A stretch of DNA of 52,144 nt. Source: Candidatus Sericytochromatia bacterium (GTDB lineage: Bacteria; Cyanobacteriota; Sericytochromatia; S15B-MN24; VGJW01). The stretch is from positions 1 to 52,144 of the forward strand of contig JAYKHS010000019.1 of NCBI GenBank assembly GCA_035285865.1, read 5' to 3'. The notes beneath the pieces are model-generated. The model was not told the origin of the DNA. It ran no database searches and worked only from the letters and a program-made list of their open reading frames with translations. Below, piece by piece: positions 39,655-47,799 of the stretch. The position numbers and the translations under genes are program-made. The stretch's first letter is position 1. Every line of letters starts with the position of its first letter.

Positions 39655-39858
39655 GTGGCCACCAGAATGCGCGTGCAGCGGCAGGCAGGCAGAGTCCATG
39701 GGCCGGAGCAGCCTCGCTTGTGCATCCTCGAGGGGGGGCGAAAGGTCGAAGTCGAGGACGAACTGCCCCTTTGGCGCATCTGGCTAGACGCGCTGCCCAT
39801 GCTGCTGGGAATCCTGGCTTTCGGATACCTGCAGGGTCTGCTCGAGGGCATTCACTGA
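39655..39858 (+). CDS. 67-aa small membrane protein
   Basis: AAAGGGG SD before GTG 39655; single C-terminal hydrophobic helix LPMLLGILAFGYLQGLL. Confidence 0.65.
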   Translation: MATRMRVQRQAGRVHGPEQPRLCILEGGRKVEVEDELPLWRIWLDALPMLLGILAFGYLQGLLEGIH

Positions 39859-39874
39859 GCCGACGCTCGGGCCA

Positions 39875-41374
39875 TCAGCCAGCGGCCAGTTCCCCGAGCA
39901 GAGCCTGATCCTTGCTGGTCTTTCCGAAACCGCCACGCTTCAGCGTGTCGTGGAAGATGGCCTTCACCTCGGGGGGCAGTGCCCGGAACCAGGAGGAAGA
40001 CCGTGAGGACCCGCGCTGTTCAAGCAGCAGCCGGATGTCGTCCTTGGTCAGCTGAATCGCGACCTTCTGCAGGACATCGGAACCGACGACGTTGACGCGC
40101 TGGAGATCCCTGAAGATGGCGTCGACCGACTGTGCGCGATTCTCGCCCTTGAGGCTGTCTATCAGCTTGTCGATGCCCTTGTTGCCCATCTGGCGGTCCA
40201 AGGTGCGCAGCATCGTGTCCATGCGTCCGCGTGTGGAGGCCACCATGAGCAGGTAGCTGGCGTTGTTCCGGTTGCTGTCCTTCAGGCGCCAATGGTCGAT
40301 GAGCAGTTTGGCCATCGCGGCGAGTTGCTCTCCCGATGCGGCCTCAAGCGTCTGGCGCGGAAGCTGTTCCACCTGACCCGCGTTCATCTTGGGCAGCATC
40401 TTCGCCACCTGGTCGCGTGCCTCGCGTTCGGTCCGGGACAGATTGTCGCTCTCGACCGGCTCGACCAGCAGCGGGACGATCGGGACCGAGCCGGACGGCG
40501 ATGCGGCAGGGACGGGCTGGGCCTGCTGTGCAGGCACCGCAGGCGCTGTCCCGGCCAAGGGGCCCAGTGGAGCCATGGTTCCGGGAGTATCTGCCGGGCT
40601 TGTCGCCTGGCCACCCTTGCCTTCCGCAGGCAGCGCGACCCCGAGTTCCTTGAGCCGACGGGCATAGGCGTCCATGCGGGAGGCGAGGTCGGGCCTGCCG
40701 GCCACGGCAGCACGAAGGGCCGTCCAGACTGGGGCCACTCCGGCACTGAGGATATCCACGGCCTTTGCCATGGCACCCAGATCTCCGGCGGAGGCCATGG
40801 CTGCGTCATGCTCGGCCAGCAGGCGGTCGAGGTCGGAGAACAGGGGCTCCGGCGCCGAGGCCGGTGTTCCCCCCGCCTGAATGATCGAACCGGGCGTCGT
40901 CAACGAGGGCGCGCCGGCCGCCGTCACCATGGGGGGCTGAGGGTCAGGTCTTCTGGCCGTGTCGAAGGAAGGTAGTGCCACGGCACCCTGCGGCGGTGCC
41001 GGCGGGGCGGCAACCACGGGCTGTCCGCCGCCCGCGCCGATGGGGGCTCCGGCACCCGCTAGGAAGCCGAGCCATTCTGTCCTGACCGGGTCCCCTTCCG
41101 GAAGCAGGCGCAGCAATTCGAGGATGCGCCCGGACTGGCCTGCCGGATCCTGAGCCCCGAGGGTCCGGATGTCTTGCCTGATGGCCTCGAGCGCCTTGGC
41201 ACGGATGTCTCCGGTACCGGACGAGGGGACGGGGCCGACGGGCTGCACCGTCAGTTGGTCCGTGGCAATGGGGCCCGTTGGCGCAGCCGTGACCTGACGC
41301 ACGGCCTGCAGGGCCTCGCGCGGCAAGCGGGCCGGCTTGGCGGCAGGCGTCACGCGCTGGTCGTCTCGAATCAC
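39875..41374 (-). CDS. Hypothetical Pro/Ala-rich protein with helical C-terminal domain
   Basis: 499-aa ORF, GGAGG SD, GC3-biased codons, no signal peptide. Confidence 0.75.
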   Translation of the reverse strand: MIRDDQRVTPAAKPARLPREALQAVRQVTAAPTGPIATDQLTVQPVGPVPSSGTGDIRAKALEAIRQDIRTLGAQDPAGQSGRILELLRLLPEGDPVRTEWLGFLAGAGAPIGAGGGQPVVAAPPAPPQGAVALPSFDTARRPDPQPPMVTAAGAPSLTTPGSIIQAGGTPASAPEPLFSDLDRLLAEHDAAMASAGDLGAMAKAVDILSAGVAPVWTALRAAVAGRPDLASRMDAYARRLKELGVALPAEGKGGQATSPADTPGTMAPLGPLAGTAPAVPAQQAQPVPAASPSGSVPIVPLLVEPVESDNLSRTEREARDQVAKMLPKMNAGQVEQLPRQTLEAASGEQLAAMAKLLIDHWRLKDSNRNNASYLLMVASTRGRMDTMLRTLDRQMGNKGIDKLIDSLKGENRAQSVDAIFRDLQRVNVVGSDVLQKVAIQLTKDDIRLLLEQRGSSRSSSWFRALPPEVKAIFHDTLKRGGFGKTSKDQALLGELAAG

Positions 41375-41407
41375 GGGGGCACCTCCAAGACATCCGTCTC
41401 ATGCCCG

Positions 41408-41415
41408 TTATCGGC
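41408..41415 (-). promoter_or_regulatory. sigma28 (FliA)-type -10 element GCCGATAA
   Basis: Exact FliA -10 consensus ~33 nt upstream of the start of 39875..41374; -35 poor. Confidence 0.5.
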
Positions 41416-41453
41416 AACTGATGCACCGGACGTGCGCCCGGATTCGCCGATCG

Positions 41454-41882
41454 TCAGTGGTGGTGGTGCTGCAGCCAGTCGAGCATCTTGGTGGCCGCCG
41501 GGTAGGCGCCGCCCTTGCGTGCGATGGCGTCGTTGAGGTTGTCGATGGCGTCCTGGATCTCGTCAGGATGGGCCGAATGATAAGCCTCTTCGAAGCGATC
41601 CCGGACACCCTTCTCGCCGAAGGTCAGCATGGCCAGCACCTGATTGAACCGACCCTGAGCACTGGTGCGGGCTGCCTTGGCGTAGCGCAGGGCCGGCTCC
41701 TTGTGGCCTTCCAGGGTATAGAGCCACGAGAGCGACAGGACCAGTCGGGGATCCCGGGGGTGCAGGCGCGCCAACTTCTCGAAGTCGGCAAGGACCTCGG
41801 CAAGGGGGTCTCCGTCGATGTAGCGGCGCAGACCGGCTTCGTAGGCCTGGTCGAGGTCAGGCTGGGCTTCAGTCGAGGGCAT
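41454..41882 (-). CDS. TPR-like protein resembling a conserved cyanobacterial family
   Basis: GLRRY..G...., LSWLY.L, N..LAML..G.KGVR pattern (recalled similarity); GGAG SD. Confidence 0.7.
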   Translation of the reverse strand: MPSTEAQPDLDQAYEAGLRRYIDGDPLAEVLADFEKLARLHPRDPRLVLSLSWLYTLEGHKEPALRYAKAARTSAQGRFNQVLAMLTFGEKGVRDRFEEAYHSAHPDEIQDAIDNLNDAIARKGGAYPAATKMLDWLQHHHH

Positions 41883-41934
41883 CGTCCGAATCTCCGTTGG
41901 TCAGGACTGGGCAACCGCTCATGCTAGCACGGCT

Positions 41935-42573
41935 TCAGGGCACCTTGATGCTGATGCAGTCCCGTTGCAGCGTCAGTGCGCCCAGATCGACCCGCAGGGG
42001 GTTGCCCTCGACCCGGCGTCCCGACGGTGTCTTGCGGCCCGCCAGGGCCCAGCCGATGAGGTAGGAGGGATTGATGGAGAGGCCGTTCGCACCGCGCTTG
42101 CGCCAGAGGTCGCGGCGGAAGAGGTCCGGGTCGGCAGCCTGCACGATGCGGTCGCGCATCCACGGACCGCCCACCGGCAGCATCGCGAGACGGACGGCAT
42201 CGAGGGTCAGTACCAGGCGTCCTGCCTCGGCCCCGAGGCCGCAGCCGACTTCCACGGGCAGGCCGAAGGCCCGTGCCCGAAGCCGCAGGCCATTTCCGCC
42301 CTCGGGCGTGATGCGGACGTCTTCGAGTGCCGGTGCGCCCGCGGCGAGCAGGACGGCCATGGTGTCGAGGGGGATGCGGGCGGCCATCGCGGCGATGCGG
42401 ACCGCTTCGCCCTCGTCGGCAAGGATCAGCCGGTCCAGCAGGATGGGGTCGGGGCGCCCCGGGCCGGCCGCGGCCATTCCCGAAGCGGGCGCGGACAGCG
42501 CGCAGGCAAGGATGGCGACAGCCTGACGTCGGCGATACCGGCCATTTCGGAATGGGGAAGTACGTTTCAGCAT
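41935..42573 (-). CDS. Hypothetical exported protein (beta-rich)
   Basis: Signal-like RRRQAVAILACALSA; C-terminal part of ORF 41935..43536; start uncertain. Confidence 0.55.
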   Translation of the reverse strand: MLKRTSPFRNGRYRRRQAVAILACALSAPASGMAAAGPGRPDPILLDRLILADEGEAVRIAAMAARIPLDTMAVLLAAGAPALEDVRITPEGGNGLRLRARAFGLPVEVGCGLGAEAGRLVLTLDAVRLAMLPVGGPWMRDRIVQAADPDLFRRDLWRKRGANGLSINPSYLIGWALAGRKTPSGRRVEGNPLRVDLGALTLQRDCISIKVP

Positions 42574-42633
42574 GCGGAGGACCACCGCGCCGTACAGGCC
42601 GGAACGGGTAGATTTGCGGGGGGGGAGGGCGGC

Positions 42634-43296
42634 ATGGTGCGATGCGACGGAGTGCGCGGGTCCATCGTCGGCGGACTGGGTGTGGCGGTCGGGTGCTTGT
42701 GGCTGCAGGTCGACCCCTTGCCAGCCCGGGCGCAGGAGACCGAGGCCGAATTTCCGGGAGCTGTCTTCAGGATGTCGCCTCATGCTGATGCTCGGCCGCA
42801 GGGGGCGGTCATCGACACCATCGTGCTCCACGATACCGAGACGCCCGGCGTCCGCAAGGCCGAGGTGGTCGCTCGATGGTTCCTGAATCCCGCAAGCGGG
42901 GTGTCCGCGCACTACATCGTCGGCAAGGAAGGAGAGGTCGTGCAGTGCGTGCGCGAAGCCGACCGTGCCTTCCACGCCGGGCCCAGCCTCTTCCGCGGCC
43001 GCAGCCGCGTCAATGACTTCTCGATCGGCATCGAGTTGGTGAACGCACAGACGGGCTCGGATCCCTTCACCGAAGTGCAGATGCAGACGCTCGTCGCCCT
43101 CGTGAAACATCTTTGCGTGCGCTGGTCGATACCGGCCGACCGGGTCGTGGGTCATCACGACGTGACCCTCAGGCCACATCTGAAGCGGGATCCTGCGCCC
43201 AATTTTCCTTGGGCGTCCTTCGCCCGGGCACTCTGGACCGTGCTTCCGCCCGACTTGGCTGCAGGGCCCGAGACCCTCGGCCGGCGTCGACCCTGA
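42634..43296 (+). CDS. N-acetylmuramoyl-L-alanine amidase (Amidase_2/AmpD-like) with signal anchor
   Basis: IVLHDT, SAHY, AFHAG, SIGIEL, VGHHDV, KRDP; GGAGG SD. Confidence 0.9.
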   Translation: MVRCDGVRGSIVGGLGVAVGCLWLQVDPLPARAQETEAEFPGAVFRMSPHADARPQGAVIDTIVLHDTETPGVRKAEVVARWFLNPASGVSAHYIVGKEGEVVQCVREADRAFHAGPSLFRGRSRVNDFSIGIELVNAQTGSDPFTEVQMQTLVALVKHLCVRWSIPADRVVGHHDVTLRPHLKRDPAPNFPWASFARALWTVLPPDLAAGPETLGRRRP

Positions 43297-43312
43297 GGGT
43301 GGTCGTTCATAT

Positions 43313-43341
43313 TTGACTCCGTCTTGGGTTTTTCTTATTCT
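43313..43341 (+). promoter_or_regulatory. sigma70 promoter for EF-hand lipoprotein
   Basis: TTGACT, 17 nt, TATTCT in AT-rich spacer. Confidence 0.6.
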
Positions 43342-43370
43342 GAAGTTAACAACCCAAGGAGTTCCATCTC

Positions 43371-44003
43371 GTGAAGGTCCAAGTCCTGTTCGCGTCGACC
43401 CTGCTTCTGGTCGCCTGCGGTTCCCCCGCCCCGTCCGTCCAGGTGCGTCCCGCCACGGCAGCCGCTCAGTTGGAGGCCCGGTCGACGGCCGGTCTCCTGG
43501 CAGGATTCGATCGCGTTCACAAGGCGATCTTTGCAAAGCAGGACCGCGATGGCGACGGACAGCTGACCGAGTATGAGGCGGGCCCGATGTTTGCCCTCGA
43601 CCGGTTCGCGTCGATCGATCTCAACATGGATGGGGCGGTCGGTTACCGTGAGTTTCTGGCCGCCGCGACCGATCTGGGATTCCCCTCCTGGTGGCCGGGT
43701 GGACCGCGTCGGGACAATGCGGAGCGCTTCGCCGGCCGCTTCCGGACCTACCTTGCGGATCGTTTCGTCCGACTGGATGCGTCTCGCGACGGATTCCTGG
43801 TGGACCGCGAACTCTCCAATGCGGATCTGGCCCGTGTTCGCGTCGGCCTCGAGTACCCCGAGCTGAACCTGCGGCCGGTCCTTATCAAGGCCATTGCCAC
43901 CGATGCCGTGAAGGCCGCCGACAAGACCGGCGATGCGCGTTTGTCCCCCGGCGAGTTCGAGGACCTCTACATGGACCTCATCGTCGCCGAACTCGCCAAG
44001 TAG
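43371..44003 (+). CDS. EF-hand (4 loops) Ca-binding lipoprotein
   Basis: Lipobox LVAC; DRDGDGQLTEYE, DLNMDGAVGYRE, DASRDGFLVDRE, DKTGDARLSPGE. Confidence 0.85.
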   Translation: MKVQVLFASTLLLVACGSPAPSVQVRPATAAAQLEARSTAGLLAGFDRVHKAIFAKQDRDGDGQLTEYEAGPMFALDRFASIDLNMDGAVGYREFLAAATDLGFPSWWPGGPRRDNAERFAGRFRTYLADRFVRLDASRDGFLVDRELSNADLARVRVGLEYPELNLRPVLIKAIATDAVKAADKTGDARLSPGEFEDLYMDLIVAELAK

Positions 44004-44048
44004 CGGGTCCCCCCGGGGGGGTATGATCGGGGTGGAGGATCACCCCCA

Positions 44049-44840
44049 ATGCCCATGAATATCCCGGTCCGGCAGAATGCGCGGCTGGAGTCCTTCCTGG
44101 AGCGCGTGGAGGCGGATGCGGAGCTCGCCCAGATATGGCGCGTGGCCAACGTGAACGCCGTTGATCGGCTGCACATGAGCGACCATGGTTTCGTCCACGT
44201 CAAGATCGTGGCCAACCTGGCCCTGAAGCTGCTTCGTCTGCTGATGGATGCCGGGGTCGAGCCCGGCGTGGTCAAGGATTTCCAGATGGAGCCCGACGAT
44301 GCCGAGCTCGTCGTGGTGGCAGCCAGCCTGCTGCATGACACGGGCCTTTCGGTCGCGTGGGACAGGCACGAGCTGCACAGCGTGTTCATCGCGAACCAGC
44401 GCCTGCCAGGCCTGCTCGATGGCCTCTATGCCCCGCCCGACAGGGTCGTGATGACCTCGGAGATCCTCCATGCCATCGTGGCCCACGGCGGAGAGGAACG
44501 CTGTCTGACGCCGGAGGCGGGCATCGTGAAGCTGGCCAATGCTCTGGACATGAGCCAGGGCCGAAGCCGGATTCCTTTCGAGGCCGGCACGGTCAACATC
44601 CACAGCGTGTCGGCCCAGGCCATCGACAAGGTCGAGGTGAAGCGCGGCACGACAAAGGCCGTGAACATCGAGGTCACGATGAACAACAGTGCCGGCATCT
44701 TCCAGTTGGATCAGCAACTCAAGCAGAAGCTGCGGAGTTCGGGCCTGACGCGACATGTCGAGGTGACGGCGCGCATCGAAGGTCCGACGGACAAGCGGCT
44801 GATCCAACTCTACGACTTCCATCAGGACACGCATGCCTGA
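44049..44840 (+). CDS. HD-superfamily phosphohydrolase (COG3294-like)
   Basis: SDHG..H, LLHDTG, GRSRIPFEAG, NIHSVSA, NSAGIFQ. Confidence 0.85.
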   Translation: MPMNIPVRQNARLESFLERVEADAELAQIWRVANVNAVDRLHMSDHGFVHVKIVANLALKLLRLLMDAGVEPGVVKDFQMEPDDAELVVVAASLLHDTGLSVAWDRHELHSVFIANQRLPGLLDGLYAPPDRVVMTSEILHAIVAHGGEERCLTPEAGIVKLANALDMSQGRSRIPFEAGTVNIHSVSAQAIDKVEVKRGTTKAVNIEVTMNNSAGIFQLDQQLKQKLRSSGLTRHVEVTARIEGPTDKRLIQLYDFHQDTHA

Positions 44841-45600
44841 GGCTTGGGTCCCTGCGGGACTCGTCGCCCTCGGGCTGTTCGCGGGCCTGCTCTCCGGTGC
44901 CTTCGGCATCGGTGGGGGTGTCGTGATGGCGCCGGCCCTGCGTGGCCTCTTCGGATTGCCGGTGTTGGAGGCGCTGGCCACGCCCCTGCTCACCATGCTG
45001 CCCACGGCCCTCGTCGCGACGGTCCGACATGCCAGGGCCCGGGCCCTTCCGTGGCGCGGCGTCCTGATCGCGGCCGCCATCGGGATGCCTGTTGCCGTGC
45101 TCTCCGCGATGGGGACCGATCGGCTTCCCGGTCGGTGGCTGATGAATGCCCTTCTTGTCCTCGTGGCGACCATCGGAGTGGATTATGCGTCCGGCGCTTG
45201 GGCACGCAGGCGTGTCCGTGCGCCAGGTACTCCGGTGGCCCGACCCGGCTGGGCCTACGGGGGGCTCGGCCTGATGGTGGGGGTGGTCAGCGGCGGTCTC
45301 GGTCTGGGCGGGGGTATCGTGGCCTTGCCGGCGCTGACGGCCATGGGCCAGTCGATGCATCAGGCCATCGGTCAGTCATTGCTGCTCGTGGCACTCGTGG
45401 CCATTCCCAGCGCCGGGACACACGCCTGGTTGGGTCACGTGGACGGCCGAACGGCGCTGTGGCTGGTTCTGGGTCTCCTGCCGGGTTCCTGGGCCGGGGC
45501 AGGCTGGTCGGCGCGCGTCAAGGAGTCCCACCTCGTCCGGGTTCTGGGCGTTCTGTTGGTGCTGGTGGCGATGGCTACCGCCGTGCGCGAGGGCCGCTGA
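44833..45600 (+). CDS. TauE/SafE family membrane exporter
   Basis: Two G..G.GGG....P repeats, ~8 TM helices. Confidence 0.88.
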   Translation: MPEAWVPAGLVALGLFAGLLSGAFGIGGGVVMAPALRGLFGLPVLEALATPLLTMLPTALVATVRHARARALPWRGVLIAAAIGMPVAVLSAMGTDRLPGRWLMNALLVLVATIGVDYASGAWARRRVRAPGTPVARPGWAYGGLGLMVGVVSGGLGLGGGIVALPALTAMGQSMHQAIGQSLLLVALVAIPSAGTHAWLGHVDGRTALWLVLGLLPGSWAGAGWSARVKESHLVRVLGVLLVLVAMATAVREGR

Positions 45601-45615
45601 GGATGCTCCCGATCC

Positions 45616-45642
45616 TCAAGGCCGGAATATCTCTGCCGAAGA
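45616..45642 (+). promoter_or_regulatory. sigma28-like promoter
   Basis: TCAAG-N14-GCCGAAGA upstream of the GGAGG SD of the cNMP gene. Confidence 0.5.
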
Positions 45643-45664
45643 CAGCACTCGGGAGGGACGCGCG

Positions 45665-46321
45665 ATGATCCAGGAAGGTCCGGTCCGGGAGCCTTGGCCT
45701 CAGGACGAGTGGTTGGAACGTCTGCAGCGCATGCCGATCTTCGTCGGGTTCTCCGCAAGGGAAGCCGAACGCGTGGCGTGGATGGCGCGCCGTCGTTTCC
45801 TGGAGCCGCGTGAAGAGATACACGCCGCAGGGGCGACCGATATTGCCGCTTACCTCGTCTTGAGCGGCGTGGTTCTGCTCGAGTCGGGCGAGGACGGTCG
45901 CATCGGCATGATGGTTCGACCGGGCGGCACGTTCGGGGAAGAGTCCTTGTTCGATGAGGGACCTCGGCCACACGGGGCTCGCGCCGTGATGCGCACCGAG
46001 GTGCTGTGCTGGGACGAAGAGGACCTCGCGCGCCTGGAGCGGGAGCATCCGCGCCTCGCGGCAAAGTTCTTGCGTCGCCTCGCGCGGCCGCTGACTCAGC
46101 GCTGGCGCAGGTGGGTCGTCGAGGCGGCCGGGGAGCCGGTGGTTCTGTCGGTGGCACGCGAGTCGGCGGTTGCCGACGTGCCGTCTCCGTGGTGGCAGCG
46201 GCTGTTGGCGCGCATCAAGGTCCGGCGGGCCAGGGTGCCTGCCCTCGGCCTGCCCGCGCAGCCGGGTGAGGTATGGGAGCCGGTGCCGCTCTCGCGATGG
46301 CCGGTGACCTACGAAGGGTGA
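45665..46321 (+). CDS. Cyclic-nucleotide-binding domain protein
   Basis: LQRMPIF.G, YLVLSG.V, PG.TFGEESL...PR...ARA. Confidence 0.8.
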   Translation: MIQEGPVREPWPQDEWLERLQRMPIFVGFSAREAERVAWMARRRFLEPREEIHAAGATDIAAYLVLSGVVLLESGEDGRIGMMVRPGGTFGEESLFDEGPRPHGARAVMRTEVLCWDEEDLARLEREHPRLAAKFLRRLARPLTQRWRRWVVEAAGEPVVLSVARESAVADVPSPWWQRLLARIKVRRARVPALGLPAQPGEVWEPVPLSRWPVTYEG

Positions 46322-47799
46322 GCAGGGGACCGGATGCCGGGCGGGTGCCTCAAGGCCTCGTCTTCTTTCTTGTCCTGTGCCTCGGTGCGTGTACGGTCGC
46401 GGTACAGGCTCCGGTCCCTGTTGCCGGTGTGCCCGTGCCCGCACCCGCACCGAAACTCTGGCCCCGCGAGATCGTGGCCCGTGCGAGGCTTGCCGCCGAA
46501 GCCGGCGAGGTCCTTCAATGGGCCGCCGAAACGGGCGCGGGGCTTGTGGTGTGGACGCCGCGCAGCTTCCCGGGCGCGGACGGCCAGGGCCAGACGCTTC
46601 CCGGCAGGCGTCGCGCGTGGATGCAGCGCCTGAACCGGCCGGGAACCCGGTCATGGCGCCAGGCTCAGGCGGTGACCGAACGCAGGCTCGGCGATCGGGA
46701 CACGGTGAACGTGATCGATCTGCTGCCCGGGGGCGTGCCGTGTGCGCGTCGGGTCGAGTTGCGCGCGATCTCGCCGTCCGCGCTGTTCTGGGTCGATGTC
46801 GGTCCCGTCGAGGGGGACCCTTGCCAGACCGGTCCTGAGCCATTGCCGGACGATCTGCTGCGAGCGTGGGTGGCCGAAGTCGACGGTTCCGAGCAATCCG
46901 TACTGGCCCGCTTGAGTGCATTGTTCAGGCCGATACCGCTGGCTGCGGACGTCGATGGCGACCCCCGCGTGCACGTCATCCTGTCCCCGGCCGTCGGTTC
47001 CTTCGGCAGGGACAGAGGACTCGAAGGATTCTTCTGGCCAACGGATCTCGCCCCGGACAGCGAGCCACGGTCGAACGGGCGTGAGGCCATCTATCTTCGG
47101 CTTGGAGCTCTGCGCGAGGACAGGGCCGAGGCGACAGGGGTCCTCGTCCACGAGTTGGCTCATCTCCTGACCTTCGCTGGGCGACGGGCGCGCAGGGCGG
47201 CCGTTTGGCCGACATGGTGGGACGAGGGTGTCGCGATGTGGGCCATGGGGCGCACGGGGCACGGCGTTCCGGAGGGTCGGACAAGCGTGCTCAAGGACGT
47301 GGCGGCCGTGCTTGCCGATCCGTCCGCCTGGTCCTTGTCCGATTGGGCGGGCAATCCTCGGGGCGGTGGCTACGGCCTCGTCTACCTGTATCTCGAGTGG
47401 CTTCAGGAGCGATTCGGGGAGACTCTGGTCCGCGAGATTCTCGAGGATCCCGACACCCTCGAGGTAGCACTCGCGCGCGGCCTCCTCAAGCGTGGGACGC
47501 ATCCCCGCGACGAATTCCTGATGATGGGGGCGGCACTTTTGCTGGTTGGTGGGCAAGTCCGAAGCAACGGCTGGCTCGAGCCGCCCGCAGATTTGCGCAA
47601 CATGACCTTGTTCAACGGTCCGGACGGACCTTGGTTCACGGCCCTTCGAGCCACTCCCGTCCCGGTTGCCCGACTCCGTCCGGCGGTCTTCCACGTCATG
47701 GCCACGCTCGGGGGGCCAGCTATATGGCAAGCTCCGCTCCCCGTCGAAGCGATCAGGCTGGATCTCGGCCCGGCGGGCGGTGAGGACCCGTCCCGCTGA
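46318..47799 (+). CDS. Zinc metalloprotease-like lipoprotein (HExxH; M30-like)
   Basis: LGAC lipobox, DVDGDPRV, GFFWP.DL, HELAH, WWDEG; GTGA overlap with cNMP gene. Confidence 0.7.
   Translation: MSRGPDAGRVPQGLVFFLVLCLGACTVAVQAPVPVAGVPVPAPAPKLWPREIVARARLAAEAGEVLQWAAETGAGLVVWTPRSFPGADGQGQTLPGRRRAWMQRLNRPGTRSWRQAQAVTERRLGDRDTVNVIDLLPGGVPCARRVELRAISPSALFWVDVGPVEGDPCQTGPEPLPDDLLRAWVAEVDGSEQSVLARLSALFRPIPLAADVDGDPRVHVILSPAVGSFGRDRGLEGFFWPTDLAPDSEPRSNGREAIYLRLGALREDRAEATGVLVHELAHLLTFAGRRARRAAVWPTWWDEGVAMWAMGRTGHGVPEGRTSVLKDVAAVLADPSAWSLSDWAGNPRGGGYGLVYLYLEWLQERFGETLVREILEDPDTLEVALARGLLKRGTHPRDEFLMMGAALLLVGGQVRSNGWLEPPADLRNMTLFNGPDGPWFTALRATPVPVARLRPAVFHVMATLGGPAIWQAPLPVEAIRLDLGPAGGEDPSR

Noticed and set aside
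47753..47799. 47-nt convergent overlap of metalloprotease and aspartyl protease
   Set aside because: Short tail-to-tail overlaps are common in high-GC genomes; no further signal.
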